Shown: positions 18,357 to 28,232, counted from the stretch's first letter. The stretch: 64,000 nucleotides of DNA from Bacteroidetes bacterium GWB2_32_14 (GCA_001768235.1 MENK01000003.1:85791-149790); one strand, 5' to 3'. Made by a program: numbers and translations. The notes: a model not told the origin generated them from the letters alone.

Positions 18357-20609
18357 ATGAATCACATTGAAATTCAATCCAAATACTCAGAGATTTGTAA
18401 TCTTATTTTAAATAAAGAAATATCTGATTCCATTGTACAATTACAATTATTCGCAAATCAATCCAAAAAGCAATATCATCAAGATCAAATTGAGGAAATT
18501 CAAAACACATACTCAAATATTTTAAAGCATTCATTTACAAACATTAACGATCCTGAGCGAGATAATATTTATAAACATTTACAACGATCGTTGTTTGAAT
18601 TAACAGACACAATTAATGAATGTTTGTTGACAGAAACCTCCGGTTTAACAATTTACAAAATGAAATGGTCTTTAGATCGTAAAAGAGAGTTGCACTCCGA
18701 TGAAGCCGTTTCGCTAATACATTACCTGACATTTGACAATGAGCTGGATGAAATTTTAAAGAACAATAACATACATCTTTCAGGCTCCACAAACAAGACC
18801 ATTTCACGCCAACAGGCATTGCGCGATTTATTTAATTACTTATGGCTAACCGATAAATACCAGGAAACGGAAAAAAAAATACTGGAAACCATTTGTTTTT
18901 CCGAAAAAATACCCTGGCATGATAAAAGCCTTATTGTAAGTGCGATAACTTTAAGTCTTTTACGGGTATTCGATAAAAATAAGTTTTTATCATTATTAAA
19001 TTTCTATTATTCAACGGAAGAACAGGTATGGCAAAGAGCGCTTATTGGGCTTTTATTAGGATTTTATAAATACGATAAACGGATAGATTTTTATCCCGAA
19101 TTAATAATTGAAATCGAAAAAATTGCGAAAACAAACGACATTGACAAACTAACCGAATCAGTTATAATTCAGATTTTTAAATCAAAAGATACCGAAAAGT
19201 TAACAAAAAGATGGGAAGAAGAAATACTTCCCGAAATGATGAAAATGCAACCCAAAATCGAGGAAAAACTCGATTTAGAAAATATTATCCCCGATAAATT
19301 TCTGGAAGATAAAAACCCGGATTGGGAAAAAGTATTTGAAGACTCACCAGGACTGCTCGATAAGCTTCAGGATTTTAGTAAAATGCAAATCGAAGGTTCA
19401 GATGTTTTCATGAGTGCTTTCTCACGATTAAAACATTTCCCATTTTACAATGAAATAAGCAATTGGTTTGTTCCTTTCTATAAAGAAAACGAGTCTCTTA
19501 CCCAACCAGCAAAAGAAAATGATACCAAGCTGCTTCCATTCATAGAACAACTCGAGAAATCTCATTACATGTGTAATTCCGATAAATACTCGTTTTGTCT
19601 TAACTTGCAATATATTCCTGAATCACACAAAACAATGATGATGGATTTGTTTAACGAAGAAATGAAAAATATTGAAGAAATCTCAAAAGATGAAAACCTG
19701 ATAAATAGCTTTGCCCTTACAAAAAGTATTTTTACACAGTATCTTCAGGATATGTATCGGTTTTATAAACTGAATCAATATAAACACGAGTTTTCTGATA
19801 TTTTTAGCTGGAAATTTGATATCCAGAATACCTTTTTCTTTAAAAAACTGGTTTACAATTCCGATATTACCAGAAATATTGCTGAATTTTTTCTTGAAAA
19901 CAAACATTTTCAACAGGCATCTGAACTTTTTATAAACCTGGAATCTACTGAAACAGACATTGAACTATTTGAAAAGATTGGTTATTGTTACCAGCAATTA
20001 GGGAATTACAATTTAGCACTGAATTATTACAAAAAAGCAGAATTATTCGACAGTAAAAAAATATGGATAATAAAAAAAATAGCTCTTTGTTATCGTTATT
20101 TAAATAATCCTGAAAAAGCACTCGAATATTACCTTGAAGCTGAAAAATCGGAACCCGAAAATTTATACATTCTTGCATATGTTGGTCATACTTTAGTTCG
20201 CTTAAAAAGATACGACGAGGCTCTAAAATATTATTATAAAGTTGAATATTTATCACCTTCAAATGATAAAATTCAACGCCCAATCGCATGGATTTCATTT
20301 ATTTTAGGAAAATTCGAAATCGCCAACAAATATTACCTGGAAATAATTGGTTATAACAAAAACGAATTCGACCTTATACACCTGGGACATGTACAGTGGT
20401 GTATGAAAGACCAACAAAAAGCAATTCAATCATATCAGGAAGCATTGAGATTGTCAAACAATGACTTTGAGTCGTTTTACAAGGCTTTTAATGATGATAT
20501 TCATTACCTGCTTAAATACGGAATTAATGCTATCGATATCAGTTTAATGAAGGATTATTTAAAACGGGGGTTTTTTAAACTATTCCAAATTATTAAATTG
20601 TTGTTTTAA
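18357..20609 (+). CDS. large protein with uncharacterised N-terminal region and C-terminal TPR repeats
   Basis: 750 aa. From about residue 510 on there are repeated TPR-like units (A..LF......E....EKIGYCYQQLGNY..AL.YY.KAE...; AL.YY.EAE...P.N; AL.YY.KVE.L.P.N; AI.SYQEAL.L). The first ~500 aa were not recognised. Confidence 0.7.
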   Translation: MNHIEIQSKYSEICNLILNKEISDSIVQLQLFANQSKKQYHQDQIEEIQNTYSNILKHSFTNINDPERDNIYKHLQRSLFELTDTINECLLTETSGLTIYKMKWSLDRKRELHSDEAVSLIHYLTFDNELDEILKNNNIHLSGSTNKTISRQQALRDLFNYLWLTDKYQETEKKILETICFSEKIPWHDKSLIVSAITLSLLRVFDKNKFLSLLNFYYSTEEQVWQRALIGLLLGFYKYDKRIDFYPELIIEIEKIAKTNDIDKLTESVIIQIFKSKDTEKLTKRWEEEILPEMMKMQPKIEEKLDLENIIPDKFLEDKNPDWEKVFEDSPGLLDKLQDFSKMQIEGSDVFMSAFSRLKHFPFYNEISNWFVPFYKENESLTQPAKENDTKLLPFIEQLEKSHYMCNSDKYSFCLNLQYIPESHKTMMMDLFNEEMKNIEEISKDENLINSFALTKSIFTQYLQDMYRFYKLNQYKHEFSDIFSWKFDIQNTFFFKKLVYNSDITRNIAEFFLENKHFQQASELFINLESTETDIELFEKIGYCYQQLGNYNLALNYYKKAELFDSKKIWIIKKIALCYRYLNNPEKALEYYLEAEKSEPENLYILAYVGHTLVRLKRYDEALKYYYKVEYLSPSNDKIQRPIAWISFILGKFEIANKYYLEIIGYNKNEFDLIHLGHVQWCMKDQQKAIQSYQEALRLSNNDFESFYKAFNDDIHYLLKYGINAIDISLMKDYLKRGFFKLFQIIKLLF

Positions 20610-20664
20610 TGTTATTTATTCTATATGTTATTTGCTTTTTATTTTCCGGTTTTATATAGTAATC

Positions 20665-20696
20665 AAAAAAATCCGACTTTTAGTCGGATTTTTTTG
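20665..20696. terminator. bidirectional Rho-independent terminator
   Basis: Sequence aaaaaa-atccgac-tttta-gtcggat-ttttttt (stem 20671-20677 / 20683-20689). Lies between convergent genes. Confidence 0.7.
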
Positions 20697-20707
20697 ATTT
20701 GTACAAG

Positions 20708-21250
20708 CTATCGTTTAAATGGTTTATAAAAAAACTTTTCCCAATGGACAACTTCTTTTAAAGGTTTACGCAACTGTTCATGACGGTTTGTATCTACTTC
20801 ATCAGCAGGGTATCCAACAGGTAGTAGTACCATTGGTTCAACACCATCAGGTAAATCTAATAAGCGAACACATTTCATTACATCGAATTTACAAACCCAG
20901 CAAGAAGCTAATCCAAGATCGGTTGCAGCTAAAGTCATGTGATCAACAGCAATGGCAACATCCAGGTTCGTGTGGATTTTACCATCAGATCTGCGCCATG
21001 CATCACGGTGGTCGCCACAAACAACAATAATTGCTTTAGCAGATTCGAGCCATGATTCCTCGTAACATTCTCGTATTTTTGCGAGTGGTTCAGGCTCAGT
21101 TATTGCAACAAAGTGCCAGGGTTGTTTGTTTTTTGCAGATGGAGCAATTCTTCCAGCTTCCATAACCTGAAGTAAAAGTTCTTTATCTACAGATTTATCC
21201 TGATAATTGCGCGACGAATATCGTCGTTTTGCCAGTTCTAAAAATGTCAT
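20708..21250 (-). CDS. nitroreductase family protein
   Basis: 180 aa. RRYSSRNY.DK.V......V.EAGR.APSA.N.QPWHFV is the typical nitroreductase N-terminus. Confidence 0.85.
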   Translation of the reverse strand: MTFLELAKRRYSSRNYQDKSVDKELLLQVMEAGRIAPSAKNKQPWHFVAITEPEPLAKIRECYEESWLESAKAIIVVCGDHRDAWRRSDGKIHTNLDVAIAVDHMTLAATDLGLASCWVCKFDVMKCVRLLDLPDGVEPMVLLPVGYPADEVDTNRHEQLRKPLKEVVHWEKFFYKPFKR

Positions 21251-21270
21251 ATTTCTGAAATTTTAATATA

Positions 21271-21483
21271 TTACTCAACAACTATTGTTTTATCGAATAT
21301 TTCAACTTTATCCCCTTTACGTATTTTTGCTCTTTTCCTGCTCTCTATTTGCCCGTTTAATTTAACTATACCATCATCAACAAGCTGTTTTGCTTCACCC
21401 CCGCTCATACACATATTGGTAACTTTTAAAAGCTTAATAAGCTCAATATAGTCCAATTCTGAATTTAGCTTAAAGTTAATCAT
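21271..21483 (-). CDS. S4-domain RNA-binding protein (YbcJ-like)
   Basis: 70 aa. Contains ...I.L..LLK......SGGEAK..V..G.V.LNG..E.RKRAKI..GD.V, the S4/YbcJ pattern. The ATGA overlap with the upstream Sir2 stop suggests translational coupling. Confidence 0.75.
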   Translation of the reverse strand: MINFKLNSELDYIELIKLLKVTNMCMSGGEAKQLVDDGIVKLNGQIESRKRAKIRKGDKVEIFDKTIVVE

Positions 21484-22235
21484 ATTTTTGATTTTTTTAA
21501 TTCATTTATTAATTGAGTCATCATTTCTGTAGCTTTTCCCTGTAAAAAGACATCAGTTATTGTGCTTGTAAATAACGATTTTTCAGGATTTATTTCAATA
21601 ATCTGAGCCCCATTTTGTTTGGCAACAGATGGAATCATTGAAGCCGGGACCACTTCGCCGGTTGATCCTATAATAATTACCAAATCTGCTTTTTCTGCTG
21701 CTTCAACAGATTTCTGGTAAGCCAGGGCTGGTATTGATTCGCCAAAAAATATAAAATCGGGTTTTAAAACTCCATGGCATTGATTACATAATGGAACAAT
21801 ATCGTTCAGGTTTACTTCTGATGTTAAATAATTATGGCCACAATACGGGCATACAAGCATGCGTGAATTTCCATGAAATTCATATACTTCTTTGCTTCCG
21901 GCATCGGTATGCAAATTATCAATATTTTGGGTTATAACCGCTTTTATTAATCCCATTTTTTCCATTTCGGAAAGTGCAAAATGTGCCGCGTTGGGTTTAG
22001 CAGCGCCAAAAAAATCATAAAAAATCTCTTTTATAACCTTCCACGAATCAATGGGATTAAGAAAAAAATTATTCAGGTCGAGTACATTGGGATCGTACTT
22101 ACTCCAAAGTCCGTCCTTACCCCTGAAAGGAGGAATGCCGCTTTCAACAGAAATTCCTGCCCCTGTAAAAGCAATGGCAAATTTTGAATTAATAATTAAT
22201 TCAACTGCAGAATCTATATTCACGCCTGTTGCCAT
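21480..22235 (-). CDS. cobB: NAD-dependent protein deacylase, Sir2/CobB family
   Basis: 251 aa. Motifs GAGISVESGIPPFRG and QNIDNLH. Zn ribbon CPYC...CNQC and C-terminal Rossmann motifs. Confidence 0.85.
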   Translation of the reverse strand: MATGVNIDSAVELIINSKFAIAFTGAGISVESGIPPFRGKDGLWSKYDPNVLDLNNFFLNPIDSWKVIKEIFYDFFGAAKPNAAHFALSEMEKMGLIKAVITQNIDNLHTDAGSKEVYEFHGNSRMLVCPYCGHNYLTSEVNLNDIVPLCNQCHGVLKPDFIFFGESIPALAYQKSVEAAEKADLVIIIGSTGEVVPASMIPSVAKQNGAQIIEINPEKSLFTSTITDVFLQGKATEMMTQLINELKKSKI

Positions 22236-24019
22236 TTAATTATAATTTTTTCAATTAAATCAATATCTTTTTGCGTTTCTTCATCAATAAAATATTGAAT
22301 AAGATCTGCTTTTATCTGTGCATACAATTTATAAATTTTATCGATATAAACCTGTTCATATTTATCTTTAAGAAGTTTGTCGTACATTTCAATCATGTTA
22401 ACCTTAGCCCGATACTCATAATATGGGTTAATGGTTGATGTTTGTAACATTTCTTCAAGTGCAACAATAGCTTTCATGTATTCGCCTGAATTTCGCATAA
22501 CCTGATATTTATTATAGTATGCATGAAAATAATCTGGCATTTCTGAAATGTATTTTTCAGCATGTATATACGCATTTTCACTATCGTTAAGCCTGGAATA
22601 ATAAGTTGATAACTGATGAGCTTTGTACGATGGGGATAAATTAAAATACTGTAATGTATCAATTATCAACTCGTAATCTTTCTTATTCCATTTCTTTTTT
22701 CGTGTAAAAGTTGTTTTAAACCATTTATTATAAGCTAACCCTGCTGTATAAAAATCCTTATCGGCAATTTCCTGAGAATCTTTGTAAATAGTTACATCTC
22801 CCGTTGTTATATTGTAATGTAAATATTTGTTTACAGCTGCATTGTGCTCTCCATAGGTAAAATAAATATCATTATTCGTATTATCTAATATACAACTTTT
22901 AATCGTATTGTAATTGTTAATACAGTAACCATAAAATGGGTCGTGAGATAACTGATGATTTTCTGTATTCGTAAGAATCTGATAACTTTTATCAACTAAG
23001 TTATGGTTATCTGTTTTCTCATTTAGCTCTTTCATTTTTCTCTCTCTTGATATATTTGATGTGCTAAACATCCAAATCGGGCTATATTGATAACGGCCTT
23101 TGTCAGAAACTGAAAGATTTTCGACAAAGAGAAAATCATCTAGCATGTTATTCTTAATAATTTCACCACGAGTTAGTTCGTATATAGAACCCGTGTTATC
23201 TTTTTTACTGCCAACTGTAATAAACCATGCATGTGAACTGTAATTTCTAAACATTTCATCTACCTGACTGATGTTCTCGGCATTCTCGAGAACATTCCTG
23301 ACTTTAAATGCTAATGGCATACCTGTATTGTATTCGCTAATTTTCTTGCTATTTCCCGCGGGTGCACCATTCATATTTATTGACATACTCAAACCAGAAT
23401 GATTTAACCCAGTATAAACTCCCGGGTATCCTATAAAAGTTAAATTTGTAAATGGAATTTTATTGTTAAGATGATAATTTACAATTAAGGGAAAATGAGT
23501 TAAGGCTTCTATACCAGGCCAATCGAGGTTTCTGCCATGTACTATTCCGTCCGAGTTTCTTAAAATAAATGATGTACAACTGATTTTAAAAAATAACTGA
23601 GGTACATATGCAATAATTTGTACATCCTTCAACTCCAAATCGCTTCCATCGGCTATACCTTTCATTTCAAACAGGTATTCGACCGGCATATTCCTTTCAA
23701 TTTTTTTAACTTTTGCACTTAAAGCTGCATTAACAATCCATTTCTTCAGAAAAAAGTTTCCCATATATGCTTCAATCATACTATCTACAACATAATCTAT
23801 TTTAAGTAAATAGTCATTCAGTAACACTCCATATTGTAAACCTGCTTCATATGAATCCCCTTTAACAGTTAAGAAAGGAACTCCTTCTTTAACTATAAGT
23901 TTTCCTTCATGAAATATTCTTGTACCATTTTCATTTACGGTAAAGGTTTTGTTCTGAGATAATAAAGAGCTTGAAAAAGAAAAAAATAAAATGAGAATCA
24001 GAATCCTTTTTTTAGACAT
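22220..24019 (-). CDS. secreted C45-family (Ntn, acyl-CoA:6-APA acyltransferase-like) peptidase with C-terminal TPR-like region
   Basis: The track start at 24091 is TTG. The ATG at 24019 gives the signal MSKKRILILILFFSFSSSLLSQ. The Ntn nucleophile context SCTSFILRNSDGIVHGRNLDW is typical of C45/linear-amide hydrolases. The helical repeat tail contains AH.LS.YYSRL.D...A and EYMKAI.ALE. Confidence 0.7.
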   Translation of the reverse strand: MSKKRILILILFFSFSSSLLSQNKTFTVNENGTRIFHEGKLIVKEGVPFLTVKGDSYEAGLQYGVLLNDYLLKIDYVVDSMIEAYMGNFFLKKWIVNAALSAKVKKIERNMPVEYLFEMKGIADGSDLELKDVQIIAYVPQLFFKISCTSFILRNSDGIVHGRNLDWPGIEALTHFPLIVNYHLNNKIPFTNLTFIGYPGVYTGLNHSGLSMSINMNGAPAGNSKKISEYNTGMPLAFKVRNVLENAENISQVDEMFRNYSSHAWFITVGSKKDNTGSIYELTRGEIIKNNMLDDFLFVENLSVSDKGRYQYSPIWMFSTSNISRERKMKELNEKTDNHNLVDKSYQILTNTENHQLSHDPFYGYCINNYNTIKSCILDNTNNDIYFTYGEHNAAVNKYLHYNITTGDVTIYKDSQEIADKDFYTAGLAYNKWFKTTFTRKKKWNKKDYELIIDTLQYFNLSPSYKAHQLSTYYSRLNDSENAYIHAEKYISEMPDYFHAYYNKYQVMRNSGEYMKAIVALEEMLQTSTINPYYEYRAKVNMIEMYDKLLKDKYEQVYIDKIYKLYAQIKADLIQYFIDEETQKDIDLIEKIIIKWQQA

Positions 24020-24090
24020 GACAATAAAATTAATCAATATAAATTTAAGAATAATTTTATTTTGTTTAAAAAATTCAATTAAAATGAACA

Positions 24091-24112
24091 AAGCCAGTTT
24101 AAAACTGGCTTC
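24091..24112 (-). terminator. candidate terminator after the E1 gene
   Basis: Perfect palindrome agccagtttt/aaaactggct (24092-24111). On the minus strand it is followed by a T-rich tract (ttgttcatttt). Confidence 0.5.
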
Positions 24113-24136
24113 GAAAATTTTTGATGATTTTATTTT

Positions 24137-26578
24137 TTAATATAATTCGGGATATTTCTTTGGGTTTGCTTCATTCATCATTGCATAAATTGCTTCGAAA
24201 ACATCCTCGGCATTTGGATTTGAGAAATAATCACCATCGGATGCATAGGCAGGGCGATGTTCTTTTGCAGTTACTGTTCTGGGTTCAGAATCGAGATGAA
24301 AATATGCACCTTGCTCTTCCATTACTTTCTGCATCATGTAAGCAGTTGCACCACCCGGAACGTCTTCATCAAAGAAAACAACCCTGTTCGTTTTTTTAAT
24401 CGAATCAGCAATCACATGTTTTCGGTCGAAAGGCAATAATGTTTGAACATCAATAAGTTCGACAGAAATATTAAATTCTTTCAGTTGTTCAACAGCATCT
24501 TGAGCAATACGAACACACGAACCATAAGTAACAAGGGTAACATCGGTTCCTTCATTCAATATCTCGGGTATTCCTAACGGAATTTTATACTCTCCAATAT
24601 TGTCGGGTCGCTTTTCTTTTAACCGGTATCCATTTAAAGGTTCAATTACCAATGCCGAATCTTCGCCTTCGAGCAATGTATTATAAAACCCTGCGGCCTG
24701 TGTCATATTTCTTGGCACACAAACATAAACACCACGAATTGAATTTATAACCATACTTAATGGAGAACCCGAATGCCAGATACCTTCCAGTCGATGTCCC
24801 CGTGTACTTATAATTACAGGAGCAATTTGTCCCCCTGCAGTTCTGTAATGAGTGGTAGCCAAATCGTCGCTTAAAGTTTGTAATGCATAAAGCAGGTAAT
24901 CGAAATATTGAATTTCTGCAATTGGGCGCAATCCTCGTAAAGCCAATCCTATTCCTTGCCCTAAAATGGTTTGTTCCCTAATTCCTGTATCAGTAATTCT
25001 TAATTCACCATATTTTTTTTGTAATCCTTCAAAGCTTTGATTTACTCCTCCAATATATCCTGCATCTTCACCAAAGGCAACAAGTTTCGGGTATTTTGCA
25101 AAAAGATAATCGTAGTTATCACGTAAAATTTCTCTTCCTGCAACTTCTGCTGAATTAGCAGTAAATATTGGTTTTACTTCTTTCACGTTAAGAACTGATC
25201 GTTCAGATTCGTTGTATAACGAAGTATTGTATCTTTTATAATTATCTTCATAATTCCTGTCAAGCCATTCCGATAAATCTTTTTGTAGTTTCCCACGAAT
25301 ATTACAATCGGTACAAACATGACGCAGTATTTTTTTTGCAGCGCTGAAATTATCTTTTCGAATGGGATTAATTATTTTCTTTAGGTCGTTGGTAATTGTT
25401 CCTACTTTATCATAACCTTCTCGTTTGCACATACATGAACGGTTATCAATAATCCCGATGAGTTTGTCTCTCTCAATTTTAACCGGTTCGGTAAATTTTT
25501 GCCAGGCAATACGTCTGGCTTCTTTTGCTTCTTCTTCAGCTTGTTTTTCAATACTTACCAATTCGTCTTCTAATGCGATTTTTTCTTTCAGAATCCATTC
25601 TCTCATTTTTCTAATACCATCAAATTCAGTTTCCCACTTCAGGCGTTCTTCTGATTTATATCGTTCGTGCGAACCCGATGTGGAATGACCTTGAGGTTGT
25701 GTAATCTCTTCAATATGAAAAACAACCGGAACATGTTCTTTTCTTGCTATTTCCACACCACCATGGAATAGTTTTATCAATCCTTGATAATCCCAACCCT
25801 TTCCTTTTAAAATAACTATTCCTGCTTTCTCATTTGTTCGCTCAAAACCTTTAAGTAATTCTGAAATACTTTCTTTTGTTGTTTGGTATTTTTTAGGAAC
25901 AGAAATGCCATATCCATCATCCCAAACGGCTAAAACAGCAGGAACCTGCAAAACACCAACAGCATTTACAGCTTCCCAAAACTGCCCTTCGGAAGTACTT
26001 GCATCGCCAATTGTTCCAAATGCTACTTCATCTCCTTTTACTGATAATGTTTTAAATTGATGTAATTCTTTATTATTTCTGAATAATTTTGATGCATACG
26101 CTAATCCAACCCAACGAGCCATTTGTCCTGCCGTGGGTGAAATATCAGATGATGAGTTTTTTTGTTTGGTTAAATCTTTCCACGTGCCATCTGTATTCAA
26201 ACTTCTCGTAGCAAAATGATTATTAAATGAACGCCCGCCATTTCCGGGATTTAAATTAACATCTGTTTGTCCATATAATTGGGCAAAAAATTCTTCTGCT
26301 GTAAACAGCCCGGCTGCCATCATAAATGTTTGATCACGGTAATAACCTGAGCGCCAGTCTCCATCACGGAATGTTTTTGCCATAGCAATCTGGGCTATTT
26401 CTTTTCCATCGCCAAAAATTCCAAATTTTGCTTTTCCTGTTAAAACTTCCTTTCTTCCTAACAGGCTGATTTGGCGACTCAAATTTGCCAGTTTATAATC
26501 GTTTAATACTTCTATTTTATCTAAAACCATATTCACATTTTTCTTATTTTCACTTTTCTCAATTACTTTTGTACTCAT
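24137..26578 (-). CDS. 2-oxoacid (branched-chain-type) dehydrogenase E1 component, fused alpha/beta subunits
   Basis: 813 aa. The alpha part carries the TPP motif (GDASTSEGQFWEA.N.A......V...V.DDGYGISVP). The beta part is transketolase-like (FGEDAG.IGGV......L..KYG..R..DT.I.E....G.G.G.A..G.RP..EIQ..DY). Confidence 0.85.
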   Translation of the reverse strand: MSTKVIEKSENKKNVNMVLDKIEVLNDYKLANLSRQISLLGRKEVLTGKAKFGIFGDGKEIAQIAMAKTFRDGDWRSGYYRDQTFMMAAGLFTAEEFFAQLYGQTDVNLNPGNGGRSFNNHFATRSLNTDGTWKDLTKQKNSSSDISPTAGQMARWVGLAYASKLFRNNKELHQFKTLSVKGDEVAFGTIGDASTSEGQFWEAVNAVGVLQVPAVLAVWDDGYGISVPKKYQTTKESISELLKGFERTNEKAGIVILKGKGWDYQGLIKLFHGGVEIARKEHVPVVFHIEEITQPQGHSTSGSHERYKSEERLKWETEFDGIRKMREWILKEKIALEDELVSIEKQAEEEAKEARRIAWQKFTEPVKIERDKLIGIIDNRSCMCKREGYDKVGTITNDLKKIINPIRKDNFSAAKKILRHVCTDCNIRGKLQKDLSEWLDRNYEDNYKRYNTSLYNESERSVLNVKEVKPIFTANSAEVAGREILRDNYDYLFAKYPKLVAFGEDAGYIGGVNQSFEGLQKKYGELRITDTGIREQTILGQGIGLALRGLRPIAEIQYFDYLLYALQTLSDDLATTHYRTAGGQIAPVIISTRGHRLEGIWHSGSPLSMVINSIRGVYVCVPRNMTQAAGFYNTLLEGEDSALVIEPLNGYRLKEKRPDNIGEYKIPLGIPEILNEGTDVTLVTYGSCVRIAQDAVEQLKEFNISVELIDVQTLLPFDRKHVIADSIKKTNRVVFFDEDVPGGATAYMMQKVMEEQGAYFHLDSEPRTVTAKEHRPAYASDGDYFSNPNAEDVFEAIYAMMNEANPKKYPELY

Positions 26579-26714
26579 ATTCTCGCGTGTTTAACTTAAT
26601 CAAATTATATATTTTTTAATTAATTTCCAATAATAAATGTAAAGATTTATATACGTAGATATTATCAGTTTAATTATCTTTGCATCCGATTGTTATAACA
26701 ATAAAAATAAATTA

Positions 26715-26939
26715 ATGTTTATTAAGCTAATACTTTTAGTTATTGGAATTTTGGCTATTGCTTTTATAGCTTTGGGATTTAATATCTTTTTAAGAAATAA
26801 AAAATTTCCTCAAACATCCGTAGGCAAAAATAAGAATATGGCTAAACTAGGCCTCTCGTGTGCAAAACACGAAGAAATAAAATGCCGGCGCGAAATTGAT
26901 AAAAGAACAGAATATTGCTCTTCGTGTGGATGTAGTTAA
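26715..26939 (+). CDS. small membrane protein with Cys-rich C-terminus (unknown function)
   Basis: 74 aa. N-terminal TM (FIKLILLVIGILAIAFIALGFNIF). The tail carries C49, C57 and a terminal YCSSCGCS cluster. ATG start. A candidate promoter region lies upstream. Confidence 0.5.
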   Translation: MFIKLILLVIGILAIAFIALGFNIFLRNKKFPQTSVGKNKNMAKLGLSCAKHEEIKCRREIDKRTEYCSSCGCS

Positions 26940-27003
26940 ATTATTTAACAACTTTTTCAATTCTTTTCAAAATGTATTACCTTGCAGGTAAAATGGAAAA
27001 GTT

Positions 27004-27666
27004 ATGCAAAAAACAGCATTAGTTTTTGGATCAACGGGACTCGTAGGGAGTTATCTTGTCAGTGAGCTTGCAGAAAATTCAATTTATGAAAAAGTAATTG
27101 TTTTTAATCGAAAAAAACAGAATTACTCAAACAACAAGATTGTTGAAATACTTATCGACTACGGGAAGATTTCTGAATACACCCACGAATTCAAAGGCCA
27201 TGATGCTTTCTGTTGTCTTGGCTCTACAATAAGAAAAGCAGGAACAAAGGAGAATTTTTTTAAAATTGACCATGATTTACCCGTGGAGATTGCAAGGATT
27301 TGTTCTAATAATCAGGTTAGTTCCCTAATTGTTATATCCTCCATTGGAGCGAACCCGGAGAGTTCTAATAATTATTTAAAAACTAAGGGACTGATGGAAA
27401 AACATATTACAGAGTTTGATTTCACAAAAATTGTATTCGTACGTCCATCCATGCTTTTAGGACCAAGAAAAGAATTTCGTTTTGGCGAAATAGCCGGTAA
27501 AGGATTTATGGCAATATTTAACTTCCTTTTTATAGGGGAATCCCGCAAATACAGAGGTATTCATGCCCTTACAGTTGCAAAATCGATGATAGAAATCGCG
27601 AATATGCCTACCAATAAAATAGTTTTTGAATCAGATGAACTTATAGAAATTGCAAAAAATGATTAG
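27004..27666 (+). CDS. NAD(P)H-binding oxidoreductase (atypical SDR, HTATIP2/YbjT-like)
   Basis: 220 aa. N-terminal Rossmann motif LVFGSTGLVGS.L, then ...S.IGA....S...Y...KG..E. Confidence 0.75.
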   Translation: MQKTALVFGSTGLVGSYLVSELAENSIYEKVIVFNRKKQNYSNNKIVEILIDYGKISEYTHEFKGHDAFCCLGSTIRKAGTKENFFKIDHDLPVEIARICSNNQVSSLIVISSIGANPESSNNYLKTKGLMEKHITEFDFTKIVFVRPSMLLGPRKEFRFGEIAGKGFMAIFNFLFIGESRKYRGIHALTVAKSMIEIANMPTNKIVFESDELIEIAKND

Positions 27667-28210
27667 CGGAACAGACTTTCTTAAAATTATTCAAAAAAGA
27701 CAAAGCGATCGTGCTTATTTAACCTCCTCTATTGAACAGGAAAAGATTAACAGGATAATTGAAGCTGCCCACCTTGCTCCCTCTGCATGTAATTCCCAGC
27801 CATGGAAATTCATTGTTATTGATAATCCTGAAATTAAAAATAAAATTGCTGATTGCACTTCGAGCAAAATACTTGGAATGAATCATTTTACCAAACAAGC
27901 TCCTGTTCATATTGTGATTGTAGAAGAAAAAGCAAATTTTACATCAAGTGCCGGAAGCACAATAAAAAACAAGCAATTTCCTCTTATTGATATCGGCATT
28001 GCAGCTGAAAATATTTGTTTGCAGGCAACTGCTGAAGGACTGGGAACTTGTATGATTGGCTGGTTCGATGAAACCAAAGTAAAAAAGCTGCTTCAAATTC
28101 CTAAATCGAAGCGTGTTCCTCTAATTATTACTATTGGATACCCGGCAAAGGAAACCCGCGATAAACGAAGAAAACAATTAGATGAAATAGTGAGTTATAA
28201 CAAATACTAG
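27659..28210 (+). CDS. nitroreductase family protein
   Basis: The track start at 27650 is TTG. The ATG at 27659 gives MISGTDFLKIIQKRQSDRAY. Contains I.EAAHLAPSACNSQPWKFIV. Overlaps the upstream gene end by 8 nt. Confidence 0.8.
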   Translation: MISGTDFLKIIQKRQSDRAYLTSSIEQEKINRIIEAAHLAPSACNSQPWKFIVIDNPEIKNKIADCTSSKILGMNHFTKQAPVHIVIVEEKANFTSSAGSTIKNKQFPLIDIGIAAENICLQATAEGLGTCMIGWFDETKVKKLLQIPKSKRVPLIITIGYPAKETRDKRRKQLDEIVSYNKY

Positions 28211-28232
28211 TTTGTGGTTTTAACTACCTGGT

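Noticed and set aside
21480-22235. Sir2-domain protein as an anti-phage (Thoeris/DSR/SIR2-HerA-like) effector.
   Set aside because: It has the size (251 aa), intact Zn ribbon and complete sirtuin catalytic motifs of a housekeeping CobB deacylase. There is no fused or adjacent TIR, HerA, pAgo, SLOG or helicase partner.
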